DNA of 64,000 nt. It comes from the human T2T-CHM13v2.0 reference genome, Homo sapiens. The stretch is taken from NCBI RefSeq assembly GCF_009914755.1, contig NC_060937.1, one strand, 5' to 3'. A program made the position numbers and the translations under genes. Below the pieces are notes generated by a model, which saw nothing but the letters and a program-made list of their open reading frames with translations, ran no database searches and was not told where the DNA came from. Of the stretch, positions 31,057 to 44,685 are shown in pieces (the stretch's first letter is position 1; every line of letters starts with the position of its first letter).

Positions 31057-31899
31057 TCAAGTTTTTTGTGTTTGTTTCTCCTAAACTTCCAGAACATATT
31101 TTGGGTGCTCTACTTAAATCACCTTGGGGGTTCTCATTAGTTCTCTATTACAAATTATCATCTGGATCTTTCCTGATTTGTCCCTCAAAGGGAGCCTCTT
31201 TATTCAGCTGTTCCATATCCTGCTCTTCCTCCTTGTCTCTCTCTCTCTCTCTCTCAGGGCACTGAGTCGTCTTAAACAGTTACAAGTGTGTATTTTTTTA
31301 AACTGCTCACTTGGTTGTGCCTTTAGTCCCCACACTGGCCAGGATGTTGAGGCCTACTGAGCAGTAGCAAGTTGGTGAGCCCACAGTGAGAAAACTGGAA
31401 TGCTGTTAATTCCCCTTGAGTGTAGTGGGGATGATGGTCCTCCGCTGCCACAGACCTGCACAATTTAACTCAGTCCTCCTGGGATCAACAGGAATGGGCA
31501 GGCCCTTCCAGAGCCACTGGGTCACAGGTACGCAGAGGAAGAGCTTTCCTGAAAACAATCACAGGCTCTGACGCCTGAGGTCCTCAGCAATCCAGGTATG
31601 CCCAGGGCCTTAAGTTGCTGCACACCCTTGTCTGTAGCCACAGGCTCCTTAGCTTTCCCCAGATGCCAACCAGAAGAGAGTCTACATCTGCCCTCTCCTT
31701 CAGGGATGCTGAGACCTGTGGCCTCAAATGAACCCTCCAGACCCTTCCAGCTTGATTGGTGTTGGGTTTTATTTATTTATTTATTTTTTTAATATATATG
31801 TTATTTATATATAAATGTTACATATGTTTTATATATATATTTGTATATAAATAGAATAAAAGTTTCGTTTAAGGCCTTATTCAGCTGAAAAGTAGTACC

Positions 31900-32095
31900 A
31901 GGGACTGTTCTAAGCATTTCACATATATTAATTTGTGACTCATAAAAATCTGTGATATAGGTACTAGTAAAATGCCCATTTTACAAATGAATGAACCAAG
32001 GTGCTGAGATTAGTTAACTTTCCCAAAGTCACAAAACTAGTAAAGGGAGTTTAGCTGTGATTTAAGCCCAGGCTGTCTGGCTCCAGAATCCACCA
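31900..32095 (-). mobile_element. MIR (inside putative transduced segment)
   Basis: CCCATTTTACAAATGA...CCCAAAGTCACA...CCCAGGCTGTCTGGCTCCAGA. Confidence 0.8.
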
Positions 32096-32229
32096 TGTTA
32101 TGAAGCGACATTTATTGAAAGCCACTGTTAAAAACAACCTTATGGTATCATTAATAACATTATTCTCTTCAATTCCACCTTCTTTCCTACTTTTTGGGTG
32201 AAGAAACTGAGGCTTAGAAAATATATCTC

Positions 32230-32610
32230 GGCCAGGCAGGGTGGCAAATACCTGTAATCCCAGGACTTTGGGAGGGCAAGGCGGGAGGATTATTTGAGCC
32301 CAGGAATCTGAAATCAGCCTGGGCAACACAGGGAGACACTGTCTCTCTAAAATAAATGTTTAGGCCGGGCACAGTGGCTCACGCCTGTAATTCCAGAACT
32401 TTGGGAGGCCAAGGTGTGTGGATTGCCTGACATCACGAGTTTGAGACCAGCCTAGCCAACATGGTGAAACCCCATCTCTACTAAAAACACACAAAAAATT
32501 AGCCGGGCATGGTGGCACACTCCTGTAATCCCAGGTACTTGGGAGGCTGAGGCAGGAAAATCTCTTGAACCAGGGAGGTGGAAGTTGCAGTGAGTCAAGA
32601 TGGAGCCACC
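32230..32610 (+). mobile_element. FLAM/AluJ monomer (32230-32358) followed by 3'-truncated AluS (32363-32610)
   Basis: Two adjacent Alu units; the second ends at GATGGAGCCACC with no tail. Confidence 0.9.
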
Positions 32611-32695
32611 CTTCCCATTAATATCAATGTCACTCCTTTCTCTTTTTTTAAACAAATAGATGCATTTTCTATTCAGCTTTTTATACCTCCACCTG

Positions 32696-33562
32696 TTTTT
32701 TTATTTATTTATTTTTTTTTTTATTGATCATTCTTGGGTGTTTCTCACAGAGGGGGATTTGGCAGGGTCATAGGACAATAGTGGAGGGAAGGTCAGCAGA
32801 TAAACAAGTGAACAAAGGTCTCTGGTTTTCCTAGGCAGAGGACCCTGCGGCCTTCCGCAGCGTTTGTGTCCCTGGGTACTTGAGATTAGGGAGTGGTGAT
32901 GACTCTTAATGAGCATGCTGCCTTCAAGCATCTGTTTAACAAAGCACATCTTGCACCGCCCTTAATCCATTTAACTCTGAGTGGACACAGCACATGTTTC
33001 AGAGAGCACAGGGTTGGGGGTAAGGTTACAGATCAACAGGATCCCAAGGCAGAAGAATTTTTCTTAGTACAGAACAAAATGAAAAGTCTCCCATGTCTAC
33101 TTCTTTCTACACAGACACGGCAACCATCCGATTTCTCAATCTTTTCCCCACCTTTCCCCCCTTTCTATTCCACAAAACCGCCATTGTCATCCTGGCCCGT
33201 TCTCAATGAGCTGTTGGGTACACCTCCCAGACGGGGTGGTGGCCGGGCAGAGGGGCTCCTCACTTCCCAGTAGGGGCGGCCGGGCAGAGGCGCCCCTCAC
33301 TTCCCGGACGGGGCGGCTGGCCGGGCGGGGGGCTGACCCCCCCACCTCCCTCCCGGACGGGGCGGCTGGCCGGGCAGAGGGGCTCCTCACTTCCCAGTAG
33401 GGGCGGCCGGGCAGAGGTGCCCCTCACCTCCCGGACGGGGCGGCTGGCGGGCGGGGGGCTGACCCCCCCACCTCCCTCCCGGACGGGGCGACTGGCCGGG
33501 CAGAGGGGCTCCTCACTTCCCAGTAGGGGCGGCCGGGCAGAGGCGCCCCTCACCTCCCGGAC
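32696..33562 (-). mobile_element. SVA retrotransposon (SVA_D-F-like), 5'-truncated in the VNTR
   Basis: Poly(T), SINE-R (TTGATCATTCTTGGGTGTTTCTC...), CpG-rich VNTR with ~127-bp higher-order period (33248, 33375, 33501); no Alu-like or hexamer part. Confidence 0.97.
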
Positions 33563-33827
33563 TGGTGTTGGGTTTTAAGTCAGAGAGGGGATCTGAGACA
33601 TGTGCTCCTACCACCATCTTCTCCCAATTTTCTCAAGCCCATGCTCTTAGCATAATGGGCTTTCTGTGGCAAATAAGCTAACTCCGTGCTGAGTGTGTTT
33701 TGTGTTACTCTTCTGTCATGTTTGGGGATGGGATGCTCCACCTTCTATCAATAGAGTTGGGAGAAGTATAGGATTGGGGTGAGGGAGACATCCTGCAAGC
33801 TGCATAAAGGATCAAGGTCACTGACAT

Positions 33828-34133
33828 TCTTTTTTTTTTTTTTTTTTTTTTTGAGACAGCATATCACTCTGTTGCCCAGGCTGGAGTGCAGTGGTGTGAT
33901 CTCAGCTCACTGCAACCTCCGCCTCCTAGTGTTCAAGGGATTCTCCTGCCTCAGCCTCCCAAGTAGCTGGGATTATAGGCGCCCATCACTATGCCTGGCT
34001 AGTTTTTGTATTTTTAGTAGAGACAGGGTTTCACCATGTTGGTCAGGCTGGTCTCGAATTCCTGACCTCATGATCCACCTGCCTTAGCCTCCCAAAGTGC
34101 TGGGATTAGAGGCATGAGCCAATGCGCCCAGCC
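33828..34133 (-). mobile_element. Alu (AluSg/Sx-like)
   Basis: Poly(T) plus antisense dimer; TSD CATTCTT. Confidence 0.95.
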
Positions 34134-34698
34134 TGGCATTCTTACAACTCAAGGCATTTTGGGGATCCAGAGGTTCTCTGGACTAGGAGTAGAAGAATAT
34201 TGAAGAGAACACTTGAGAATAATTGTAAGAATCAACCAAGATGCTTTTTAGAAAATACCTGGGATGCCAGGAATATTTCTGGACCAAGGAAGAAGGGGAT
34301 GCGGCAGCCATGGGCAGTCCAGTGATTGGCTCAGCCAATGTGGGTGTGAGTAGGGCAGTCAGGATAGTACCAGTCCCCAGAGACATGGCAGATGCAGGAA
34401 ATGACTTCTTCCAGGGGAGGTGGCCCAGGCCTGGGACAGTAGGTGACACTGGGAGGGATCAGCATTCCTCCCCGGGTGGTGTGCAGACAGCACGTGCTCA
34501 AAGGCAACTGGTGGAGGGGGCAGGTGGGGCTAAAATCCTGAGAATGGGATGGCTTTTCTAATTTGTTCACTCAGAGAGTAGCATTTTGTAATTGTCACAA
34601 ATGTGGCATAATGCTGGCCATGACCTACTGTAGCAGTCTTGGATAAAATGAGATAATAAAACTAAAGTTTATTCTGTGGTATCAAAAATAAGTACATA

Positions 34699-35083
34699 GG
34701 AGGTAGGAGGTGGGACTCGACTCCAGACCAAATTGAAGACTGGCTGACATGCCCACCAGTGCCATGACAGTTTACCCATTGCCTGGTAACAACACGAAGG
34801 TTATCACCCTTTTTCTAGAAATTTCTGAATAACCTGCCCATTAATTTGCACGTAATTATAAGTGGGTATGGATGTGACCGCAGACCTGCCCCTGAGCTGC
34901 TACTCTCGATGCACGGCCTATGGGGTAGCCCCGCTCTGCAGGAGCAGTCACGGAGCTGTGACACTGCCGCCCCAGCAAAGCTGTTTTCCTCTACCACTGG
35001 CTCACCCTCGAATTCCTTACTGGGGGAAACCAAGAACCTTCTAGGGTGGAGCTCCAATTCTGGGGCTCCCTTGCCCTGTGACA
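34699..35083 (+). mobile_element. ERV1 MER4-group solo LTR (MER66/MER41-like)
   Basis: GAGGTAGGAGGTGGGACTCGACTCC...TGCCATGACAGTTTAC...TGCCCTGTGACA; shares motifs with the MER41 at 37.4 kb. Confidence 0.7.
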
Positions 35084-35336
35084 CTTAGGCAGAATTATAT
35101 AATGAGATTTATTATCTGTTGTGTGGTTTTGGACAAAGAATGGTGAAAGATTTAAGAAAGTGCCTCATAAATCACTATAGTGTCTCAGAAAAAGAAAGAA
35201 AATCCCACTTTATGCCTTGCACATACGACTTCAGTGACACAGGCAGTTCTGGTCCATGTACAGATGACAATGACAGTAGGTGCTCAGCAAATACTTACTG
35301 AACAAACTCATGCAGGAAGACATAAACCCTGAGCTC

Positions 35337-35715
<379 letters not shown>

Positions 35716-36367
35716 TAGTCTCACTGTTCCCACTGTGGAAGAAGGATCCTCATGGTAGGTGTCTGAGTAGCTTCAAAGGCAAAAGCTTTGGCAAGGGAGC
35801 TGTGTTACAGCAATAGGCCATGCGGTGTTCAAGGCTGGGGGCATTTTATCGACGGGAAGGGAAACGTCAAACGTTCACTTTTTGTTAGCAATGTATACCC
35901 TAAATAGCTAAAAAAAAAAAAAAAAGATAAATTGTGATTCAAATAATGCCTTGCATATTTGTGCAGTTTCCAAATGTGTTATAATTGAATTGCAGGAATT
36001 ACTGAGAACAGATGCTAACAGAGACACTGAACATACCCTACAGTGAGAAAAATGACACACTTCACTCTACTTGCCCAAAATCCATTTAAATTTTAACTTG
36101 TTTTAATTGCTGCATATTTCTAGTGCAATATAATGGAGGTTTACAGAAAGATCTGATGGAAAACAGTAGATTTTGTAAAGGGCTTCAGGGTTTTTGCGTG
36201 TGATCAACAGTAGCCACACCCACTGCCAGTGACTATCCAACAGGGACGTGCTTTTTATTGCGTTTCTTTTAATAGAAAAATGTTATCACCTACATATCTC
36301 ATCATTATTTACATTCTAATCACCCTCCAGTGATGAATTCAGAATGCAAGCGTTTTTCATCAGTCAG

Positions 36368-36381
36368 TTTGCCATGGCAAC
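36368..36381. promoter_or_regulatory. RFX X-box-like motif
   Basis: TTTGCCATGGCAAC, 13/14 match to GTTGCCATGGCAAC, in sequence not recognised as repeat. Confidence 0.45.
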
Positions 36382-37447
36382 TCGAGTTGGGGAAGGCCCT
36401 TCTGCCGGCGCCGCCACTGGGCCTGGAGCGGGCCTCTTTCTTCCTCAGCTATCATTGACCTCCTGCTAGGAGACTCATCTTCTGATGTGCACTTGGTGGC
36501 AAATGGGACCAGAAAACCCCTACAAATTCTCATTTGGAAAGAAGAAAAGATAGTTTGTCTCCAATCGTTGGAAGTACAATTAGATGTTGATAGACACAGA
36601 CAAGGCTAAAAAAGCAGGGCATTAGTAAAATGCTGTAAAATCTTGTTTCATCCAGTCCAAGAAGGCTAAGTGGAGTCTATCACTGTTGACCCCGACTGAG
36701 CTTCCATTAGCATGGCAATTCTTAAGTTGCCACATCTTTTGATCTTTTAAAAAGGGTCCTGGGTTTTTAACCAGTTGTCAGGAATGACTGAAATTATTGG
36801 TAAAAAAAAAAAAAAAAAATCTGGCTTTCGTAACTTTGTTGGTAGCTGCAGACAAAGGAAAGGTTTTCAGGAATTCATGGGGCCAGTATAACTTAATACA
36901 TTTTATATATGTTTTGGAGAAAATATACAACTACTGAAGAACAAGTGAGTAGTAAAGCAGATTTTACGACAGTCCAAGGGCTAATGTGAATCATTCATGA
37001 CTAGATTTGCTCTTAGTTATTCAACGAAGAGTGTCTATTGGTTGTGGACAGTCATGTCTATTATCTGATGTAAAACTTACCTTCAGGAGATTTTTAATAT
37101 AAGGGAGAAGAGAGGGCCATACAAATGGCAAAAAAAGGAGAAACATGCATAAACATATGCAGATACATATATGCGCACATAGAAATGGTGGTAAAAATAT
37201 CCAGCTGTTACAAGCATTATACAAGGAATGGGAGTGAGTGGAGTTTGAAAGGAGTAATCTGATAAAATGTCATAGAGAAGGTAGTCCTAGAATAATTGCT
37301 CATTATTTTAATGATGACAGATATATACATAAATACAAAGTTTAAATATCATAAACGTACGAAAGATAAAATGACAGTCTTCCATATTACCATCCTCCAA
37401 AATAGTGATGTGCAGAGAGCCCCACCTTTTTAATACATATCTAATTA

Positions 37448-38069
37448 TGTTACCAGAAAGGGGTCCTGATCCAGACCCTAAGAGAGGGTTCTTGGATCTC
37501 ATGCAAGAAAGAATTCGAGGTGAATCTATAAAGTGACAGCAAGTTTATTAAGAAAGTAAAGGAATAAAAGAATGGCTACTTCATAGGCAGAGCAGCGGCT
37601 GCTCAACTGAGTATACTTGAAGTTATTTCTTGATTATATGCTAAACAAGGGGTGGATTATTTGTGAGTTTTCTGGGAAAGGGGTGGACAATTCCTGGAAC
37701 TGAGGGTTCTTCCCTCTTTTAGACCATATAGGATAACTTCCTGATGTTGCCACGGCATTTGTAAACTGTCTTGGCGCTAGTGGGAGTGTCTTTTAGCATG
37801 CTAATGCATTATAATTAGCATACAATGAGCAGTGAGGATGACCAGAGGTCACTTTCGTCACCATCTTGGTTTTGGTGGGTTTTGGCCAGCTTCTTTACTG
37901 CATCCTGTTTTGTCAGCAAGGTCTTTGACCTGTATCTTGTGCTGACCTCCTATCTCATCCTGTGGCTAAGAACGCCTAACTTCCTGGGAATGCAGCTTAG
38001 TAGTTCTCAGCCTTGTTGTACCCAGCCCCTATTCAAGATGGAATAACACTAATTCAAATGCCTCTGACA
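37448..38069 (-). mobile_element. MER41B solo LTR (ERV1)
   Basis: Antisense TGTCAGAGGCATTTGAA ... TTCTGGTAACA; 4-bp TSD ATTA; CTAATTATAATGCATTAGCATGCTAAAAGAC block. Confidence 0.92.
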
Positions 38070-38109
38070 ATTATATATTTCTTCCAGTTTTTAAAAATGA
38101 AAATGGGAT

Positions 38110-38413
38110 TGGTTGGATGCGGTGGCTCATGCCTGTCATCCCAGCACTTTGGGAGGCTGAGGCAGGAGGATTGCATGAGCCCAGGAGTTCGAGACCAGTG
38201 TGGGCAACATAGGGAGACTTTGTCCCTACAAAAGAGAGAGAAAACAAGAGAAAAATAATTAATGGGGTGTGGTATCACGTACCTGTAGTCCCAGCTACTC
38301 CAGAGGCTGAAGCAGGAGGATCGCTTGAGCCCAGACTGAGTTGAGGCTGCAGTGAGCTGTGATCACACCACTGCCCTCTAGCCTGGGTGACAGAGAAAAA
38401 CCCTGTCGAAAAG

Positions 38414-38452
<39 letters not shown>

Positions 38453-38484
38453 AAATGAGATCAGAAAGAAAGAAGGAAAGAGAA
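38110..38484 (+). mobile_element. Alu (AluJ-like) with GA-rich tail
   Basis: J-type dimer, (GA)n tail, TSD-like GAAAATGGGAT. Confidence 0.9.
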
Positions 38485-39285
38485 AATGGGATCATAATAT
38501 ACATATTGTTCTGCATCCTGCTTTTCAGTAAAAAAAAAATAACATTGTTAAGTCATAGGGGGATGACATCAGTCATCCTGAAAGGGGAGATATGAGCAAA
38601 TGGGTGTGGGGTGAAGGCAGGTGAGGGGAACCAAGCTTAAGGGCAAACCAAGTTTTGTCCAGATTATAGTTCTTTCTCCTGGCAAACCAAGTCCTGAACC
38701 TGTCGCCAGGCTGTTGTTTAGGCTCAGGGCTTGGATGGCCAGGAGAAAGAACTGTAACCTGGGCAAGACTTCACATTCATTAATATCATCATATGTATTA
38801 AGAGGAAATCTGAATTGATTTACATTTCAATTTCATTCAGAAGGCCAGTGGGAAGTAGTGTAGTCTAGGAGATGAGCAGTTCTTGGTGAAGTTGATTCTG
38901 TTTATAAACTGAATTACAGGAGAAAGAAGCAGAGGGCAGGGCAGCTAGGAGGATACGCAGGATAGGCCACACCACCCCAATGTGAACATGAAAAAGGAAG
39001 AAGTACCTTGTGTAAGGGAGTTAAAATCCAGTCACTTTCTTTTTTTAAAAAAATAAAACTAGTTACCCTCTGCTGCTGCTTTTTCTTTTTGTAAATCTAA
39101 TTGGTGTGTCCTTCTGAATTCAGCTAAGATGACTCCTCACCCAGAGAAAGGGTTCATCTCCTCTGGCTTTTTTTGTTTCTTCTATTTTCACACCAGTTTT
39201 AGAAAAGGCAGGGCCCTCATTTGGAAGTAGCAGACAAAATGGCAGTGCAGGTTTGTGCATTCTTTCAAAAGAATTCTTGATTTTT

Positions 39286-39581
39286 GGCTGGGCGCTGTGG
39301 CTCACGCCTGTAATCCTAGCACTTTGGGAGTCCAAGGCGGGTGGATCACCTGAGGTCAGGAGTTCGAGACTGCCCAACGTGGTGAAACCGCGTCTCTACT
39401 AACAACACAAAAATCAGTCAGGTGTGGTGGTGTGTGCCTGTAATCTTAGCTACTTGGGAGATTGGGGCAGGAGAACTGCTTGAACCTGGAGGGTGGAGGT
39501 TGCAGTGAGCTGAAATCACACCACTTCACTCCAGCCTGGGCAAAAGAGTGAAACTCCATCTCAAAAAAAAAAAAAAAAAAA
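39286..39581 (+). mobile_element. Alu (AluS)
   Basis: Dimer, poly(A), TSD AATTCTTGATTTT. Confidence 0.95.
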
Positions 39582-40204
39582 ATTCTTGATTTTCCTTTGA
39601 ATGTGTCCTGCTGGCTTTGTGGTGTGGAAACGGCGTGAGAAAACGGCTCCATCATGCTGTTCGTGGGACTGACTGTTCCCAGCAGTGTAGAAACCTTCCT
39701 GTTTTATGCTTAGAGCCCGATTCCAGAGTCCGTCTCTCTATTTGTCCTGATTGCAGCAAAAACATGCAGTCTACATATAATCAGAGGATCCTGCTAAACA
39801 GTTGTCAGAAAAACAACGGAAATCCTAGCTGCTTGTGATTTCATTACACCGGCCTTGTAGTTGAGTTAGTGAAAGATGAATTTATTGAGTGCATCTAGAA
39901 CAGGGGCGGCACTTGGCCTAAGGACGGGTGATGTAGAGTACACTTTGTAGCAGTTATTGGTGCGACATGCGATTGAGTATTCGCTGTTGCAGGTATTCTG
40001 TTTATTGTATTTCACACAAGGTTAATTCACGGTTTTTTTTATGCTTTCAAAGCAAAAGCTATACAATACAAAATGTACATGTTAGATTTCCATGTCATAA
40101 GTAAACAAACTTTTTTTTAACAATTATAATTTTCAGAAACCTAATGAACCTATAATAAAATATTGAGAACAATAATCTTCAGTCCTATTAGGCATCGTGG
40201 GAGA

Positions 40205-40378
40205 ACCTGGGGGAAATTTTACTTTTCCTTCTGTCAGATTTGTTTGATTATACTGTAACTCATTAATGGAACGGTTCCTGTGTGTCAGCTGCTGAGCGAA
40301 GTGGTCACTGTACATCATTTTTCGTCTTCACATCAAACCCTTTGGGACGGGTCCTATTATGATCCCCATTTTACGGTC
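40205..40378 (-). mobile_element. MIR-like fragment
   Basis: TATTATGATCCCCATTTTAC motif preceded by TCTTCACATCAAACCC. Confidence 0.55.
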
Positions 40379-40448
40379 TGTGTTACGTGAACCAATGGAC
40401 TCCACTAAAGAAAAATAGAACATGAAGAATTGAAAAGTTTTGCAGTCA

Positions 40449-40868
<420 letters not shown>

Positions 40869-40934
40869 TCACTTCCCAAGCATGTGGTTTCAGTTATGGC
40901 CTAGGTAGATTATTTTGCTCATTCACAGCTAGCT

Positions 40935-41290
40935 CATACCTTTCTTCTGAGCTCCAAACACACATAGCCATTAGCCCCTCAGTTTCTCCATAGATGTCTA
41001 ATGGCACTGCCAACTAACTGAACATTCTTTAAACTGAATTGATGGTAGCCCCTCTGCACTCCCAGCAACAACAAACACACTGCATTCCACCAAATTCCAC
41101 AAGCAGAAACCTAGTTAGTCGTAACTCCTTCATCTTTGTAACTTTCCATTTTCAATCAATTACCAATTTCTATCAATTTTGCCTCTAAAGATAGTTAAGA
41201 ATCTTACAGCTTCTCTCTATGCCCACTGCTATCACCCCTGACCAGGCCTCCATCATCTTGTCTGTGATTCCTGCCATAATCTTATCTCAA
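40935..41290 (+). mobile_element. L2 fragments
   Basis: GATGTCTAATGGCAC; CAATCAATTACCAATTTCTATCAATTTTGCCTC; CAGGCCTCCATCATCT. Confidence 0.6.
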
Positions 41291-41901
41291 AATCTTTGAG
41301 GTTATGAGTTATACATATTTCAGTCTTCTGTTTGCTCCATTAACTGTGTTTCTTTAGAATTATACTCTTCAGTAAGTTTAGCTCCACTTTCTCACAGGTT
41401 TGGTTTTCCCCGCATGTCTGCTGCTTCTTGGATTTCCACTACTTTTTTTTTTGACATTCTCTGTTCTGCTGCCTGCTTGGTTCACTTCAGCTGACCCCAG
41501 GTGGTGATGGTGCATTATTTGGAGGGTCTGTCATTTGCCTTTGGGGGCTCCCTCTTCCTTCTGGGAGTCCTGCCTGCCTCTCTGCTCTCATGCACATATT
41601 CATTCCTACTCAGCAAGCAACAACTCTTTGCCAGACACTCTTCTAGGCTGGGGGATCCAGCAAGGTATCGAACGACTGTGATAGCCACCCAAGGTTGAGT
41701 GTAGAGGTGAGAGTGGCCACAGATCTGTCAGTATTTCCCTGAAGCTGGCCCAGACCCTTGCACTGTTTGGATCCTTGGCTCCAGCTTTGAAGTTTCTTCA
41801 GTTTCTTTTGGACTCTGATTTTCCCTATAAAATTTATCCTACTTACATCCATCTTTCAGGAATTTAGTGTCAGTATTATTTTAACATTTCTTCTTTAGGC
41901 T

Positions 41902-42198
41902 TGGCTAATGGGTACAAAAATACAGTTAGAAGGAATAAAATCTAGTGTTCAGTAGCACAATGGGGTGACTACAGTTAACAATTTATCATATATTTCACAA
42001 TAGCTAGAAGATTTGTAATGTCCCCAACACAAAGGAATGACAAATGTTTGGGGTGATGGATTTCCCAATTACCCAGATTTGATCATTGCACGTTGTATGC
42101 ATATATTAAAATATCACATGTACCCTATAAATATGTACAGCTATTATATATCCATTAGCATATGAAAAACAAAAATAAATTCCTTTATTTAAAAAATA
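41902..42198 (+). mobile_element. L1MA-type 3' end
   Basis: TAATGGGTACAAAAATACAGTTAGA...CACATGTACCCTATAAATATGTAC; TSD ATTTCTTCTT. Confidence 0.88.
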
Positions 42199-42334
42199 AA
42201 ATTTCTTCTTAAAGTAGGTGCTCAGTCATCCTTTTTGAGCTAATCCTCTGAAAGAGCCTTCAAGAATCCATTCCGGTCCAACTACCAGGTATCGTTCTAT
42301 CAAGATCACTCGTCATCCTCAAGTTGATTCTATC

Positions 42335-42830
42335 ATTTGCCTGCTTTAAACCCTTCAGAAATATGCTAGTTCCCTTAGAACTAGGTCCAAAGTTCTTAAC
42401 ATGGGTCTACAAAAACCCAGATGACTATGGCCTCCGCATACCTCATCTCCTACTATTTTCCACCACTTCTAGCATTCACCTATCCTGAGTTTTCTTAATT
42501 TCTGAAATATGCTACGGTTTCAGCCACTACATGTTGACAATGTTTCAACTCCCTGGAAAAGTCTTCCTTCCTTCCTTTATATATTTTTTTAACCTAACTA
42601 AAGTCTGGGCTTAAATATCTCTTACTCCAGGAAACTTATTCCAGATCTTCCATACTAAGTTAGGTCTCCTTTAATTGCAATAACTTGTTTATTGTGTTTA
42701 TTTATTATTTTAATAAGGTCTGTCTTCCTTGCTTTACTGTAGACTTTAAGACTGTAGGGAACAAAGTCAATATAACATTTTTTTCCCCTGGCATATGGAA
42801 GAATTAAATAAACATGGTTGGATAACCAAA
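42335..42830 (+). mobile_element. L2 3' fragments
   Basis: CCTGCTTTAAACCCTTCA, CAAAGTTCTTAACATGG, CTTAAATATCTCTTACTCCAGGAA motifs. Confidence 0.55.
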
Positions 42831-42877
42831 TTGTACCTATATTTCCATTTTTGTGGCTGACTGACTGAATTATATTT

Positions 42878-43420
<543 letters not shown>

Positions 43421-43439
43421 TGATTGTCTTTTTCAAGGA

Positions 43440-43788
43440 TGTTTTTATGGTGAACAGTCTCGGAAAAGAGAGGTGGTGTCTCCCTGTGGAACAGAGCGCA
43501 GGCATGCTTATTGCCCATTTGGATTCCCTAAACTCAGCATTCTTAAGAAACAACCCACTACACTTGCAAGTGGTATCTGGCCCTCTTCACATCACCCTGT
43601 GGGATTTGGAGCTTGGGGAGCTGACTTAAAATGCCAATATTCCAATTCCTGCTACTGCTTTGAGTAAAAACTCTCCTTTGTTGCTGACCCAGAAATTTTG
43701 TGTCTTCTACCAGCCTCCATGAAATGGTGGCGGACTAACTTGTTAGCTTCCAAATAGGGTCAAATCTACACCCTTCACAGTTCTTGAC
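43440..43788 (+). mobile_element. ERVL LTR 3' part (MER68/MER77-like)
   Basis: Ends ACTAACTTGTTAGCTT...CCCTTCACAGTTCTTGACA. Confidence 0.55.
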
Positions 43789-44377
43789 ACACAGACAAAA
43801 CTTAAGCTCTTAAGTATTTTGCTTAGGATGGTTTTCAAGTTTGTTTCCTCGATGTTCTTCTTCTCCTCTTTCTTAAACTACCAAGGAACATTTTGCTCCT
43901 GTTAATGTTGTAAACTCAACCTTTTTGATTTATAAATAGCAAATGACAAGAGAATTCCATTCTAAAGTAACAGAATAACTTTAAAATGTGTCTAATGAGT
44001 GGGAGATGTGATTTTTCACACTATCTCCAATTCTCACAGAGTTAGGCATCTGAATAGAGAACCACTGGAACGCCTATTGAGAAGTCATGTTTTGCCTTTT
44101 TATCTTTACCAACACAAATAAAGTTCTTGGGATCTATTTGTTTTTATGATATGTATAACGTTACCTGGTAAATCACAGTGGTTATGACATTTTCCCAGAC
44201 AACAAAGGGAGATTTTCCTTTTTAATATTTCATAATGCCTGAAAGACATGTTTTCTCCAAACACAAGATTTTCAATTCAAATGAATTCAGCAAATATTTA
44301 TCAAGGCCCTTATTCTACTGATCATTGCTTTGTAATAGAACATCTAAGGAAATGATGACTTTTTAAAAACAATATAG

Positions 44378-44685
<308 letters not shown>

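Noticed and set aside
32893-33553. Repetitive Pro/Arg/Gly-rich ORFs
   Set aside because: Standard translations of SVA SINE-R and VNTR.
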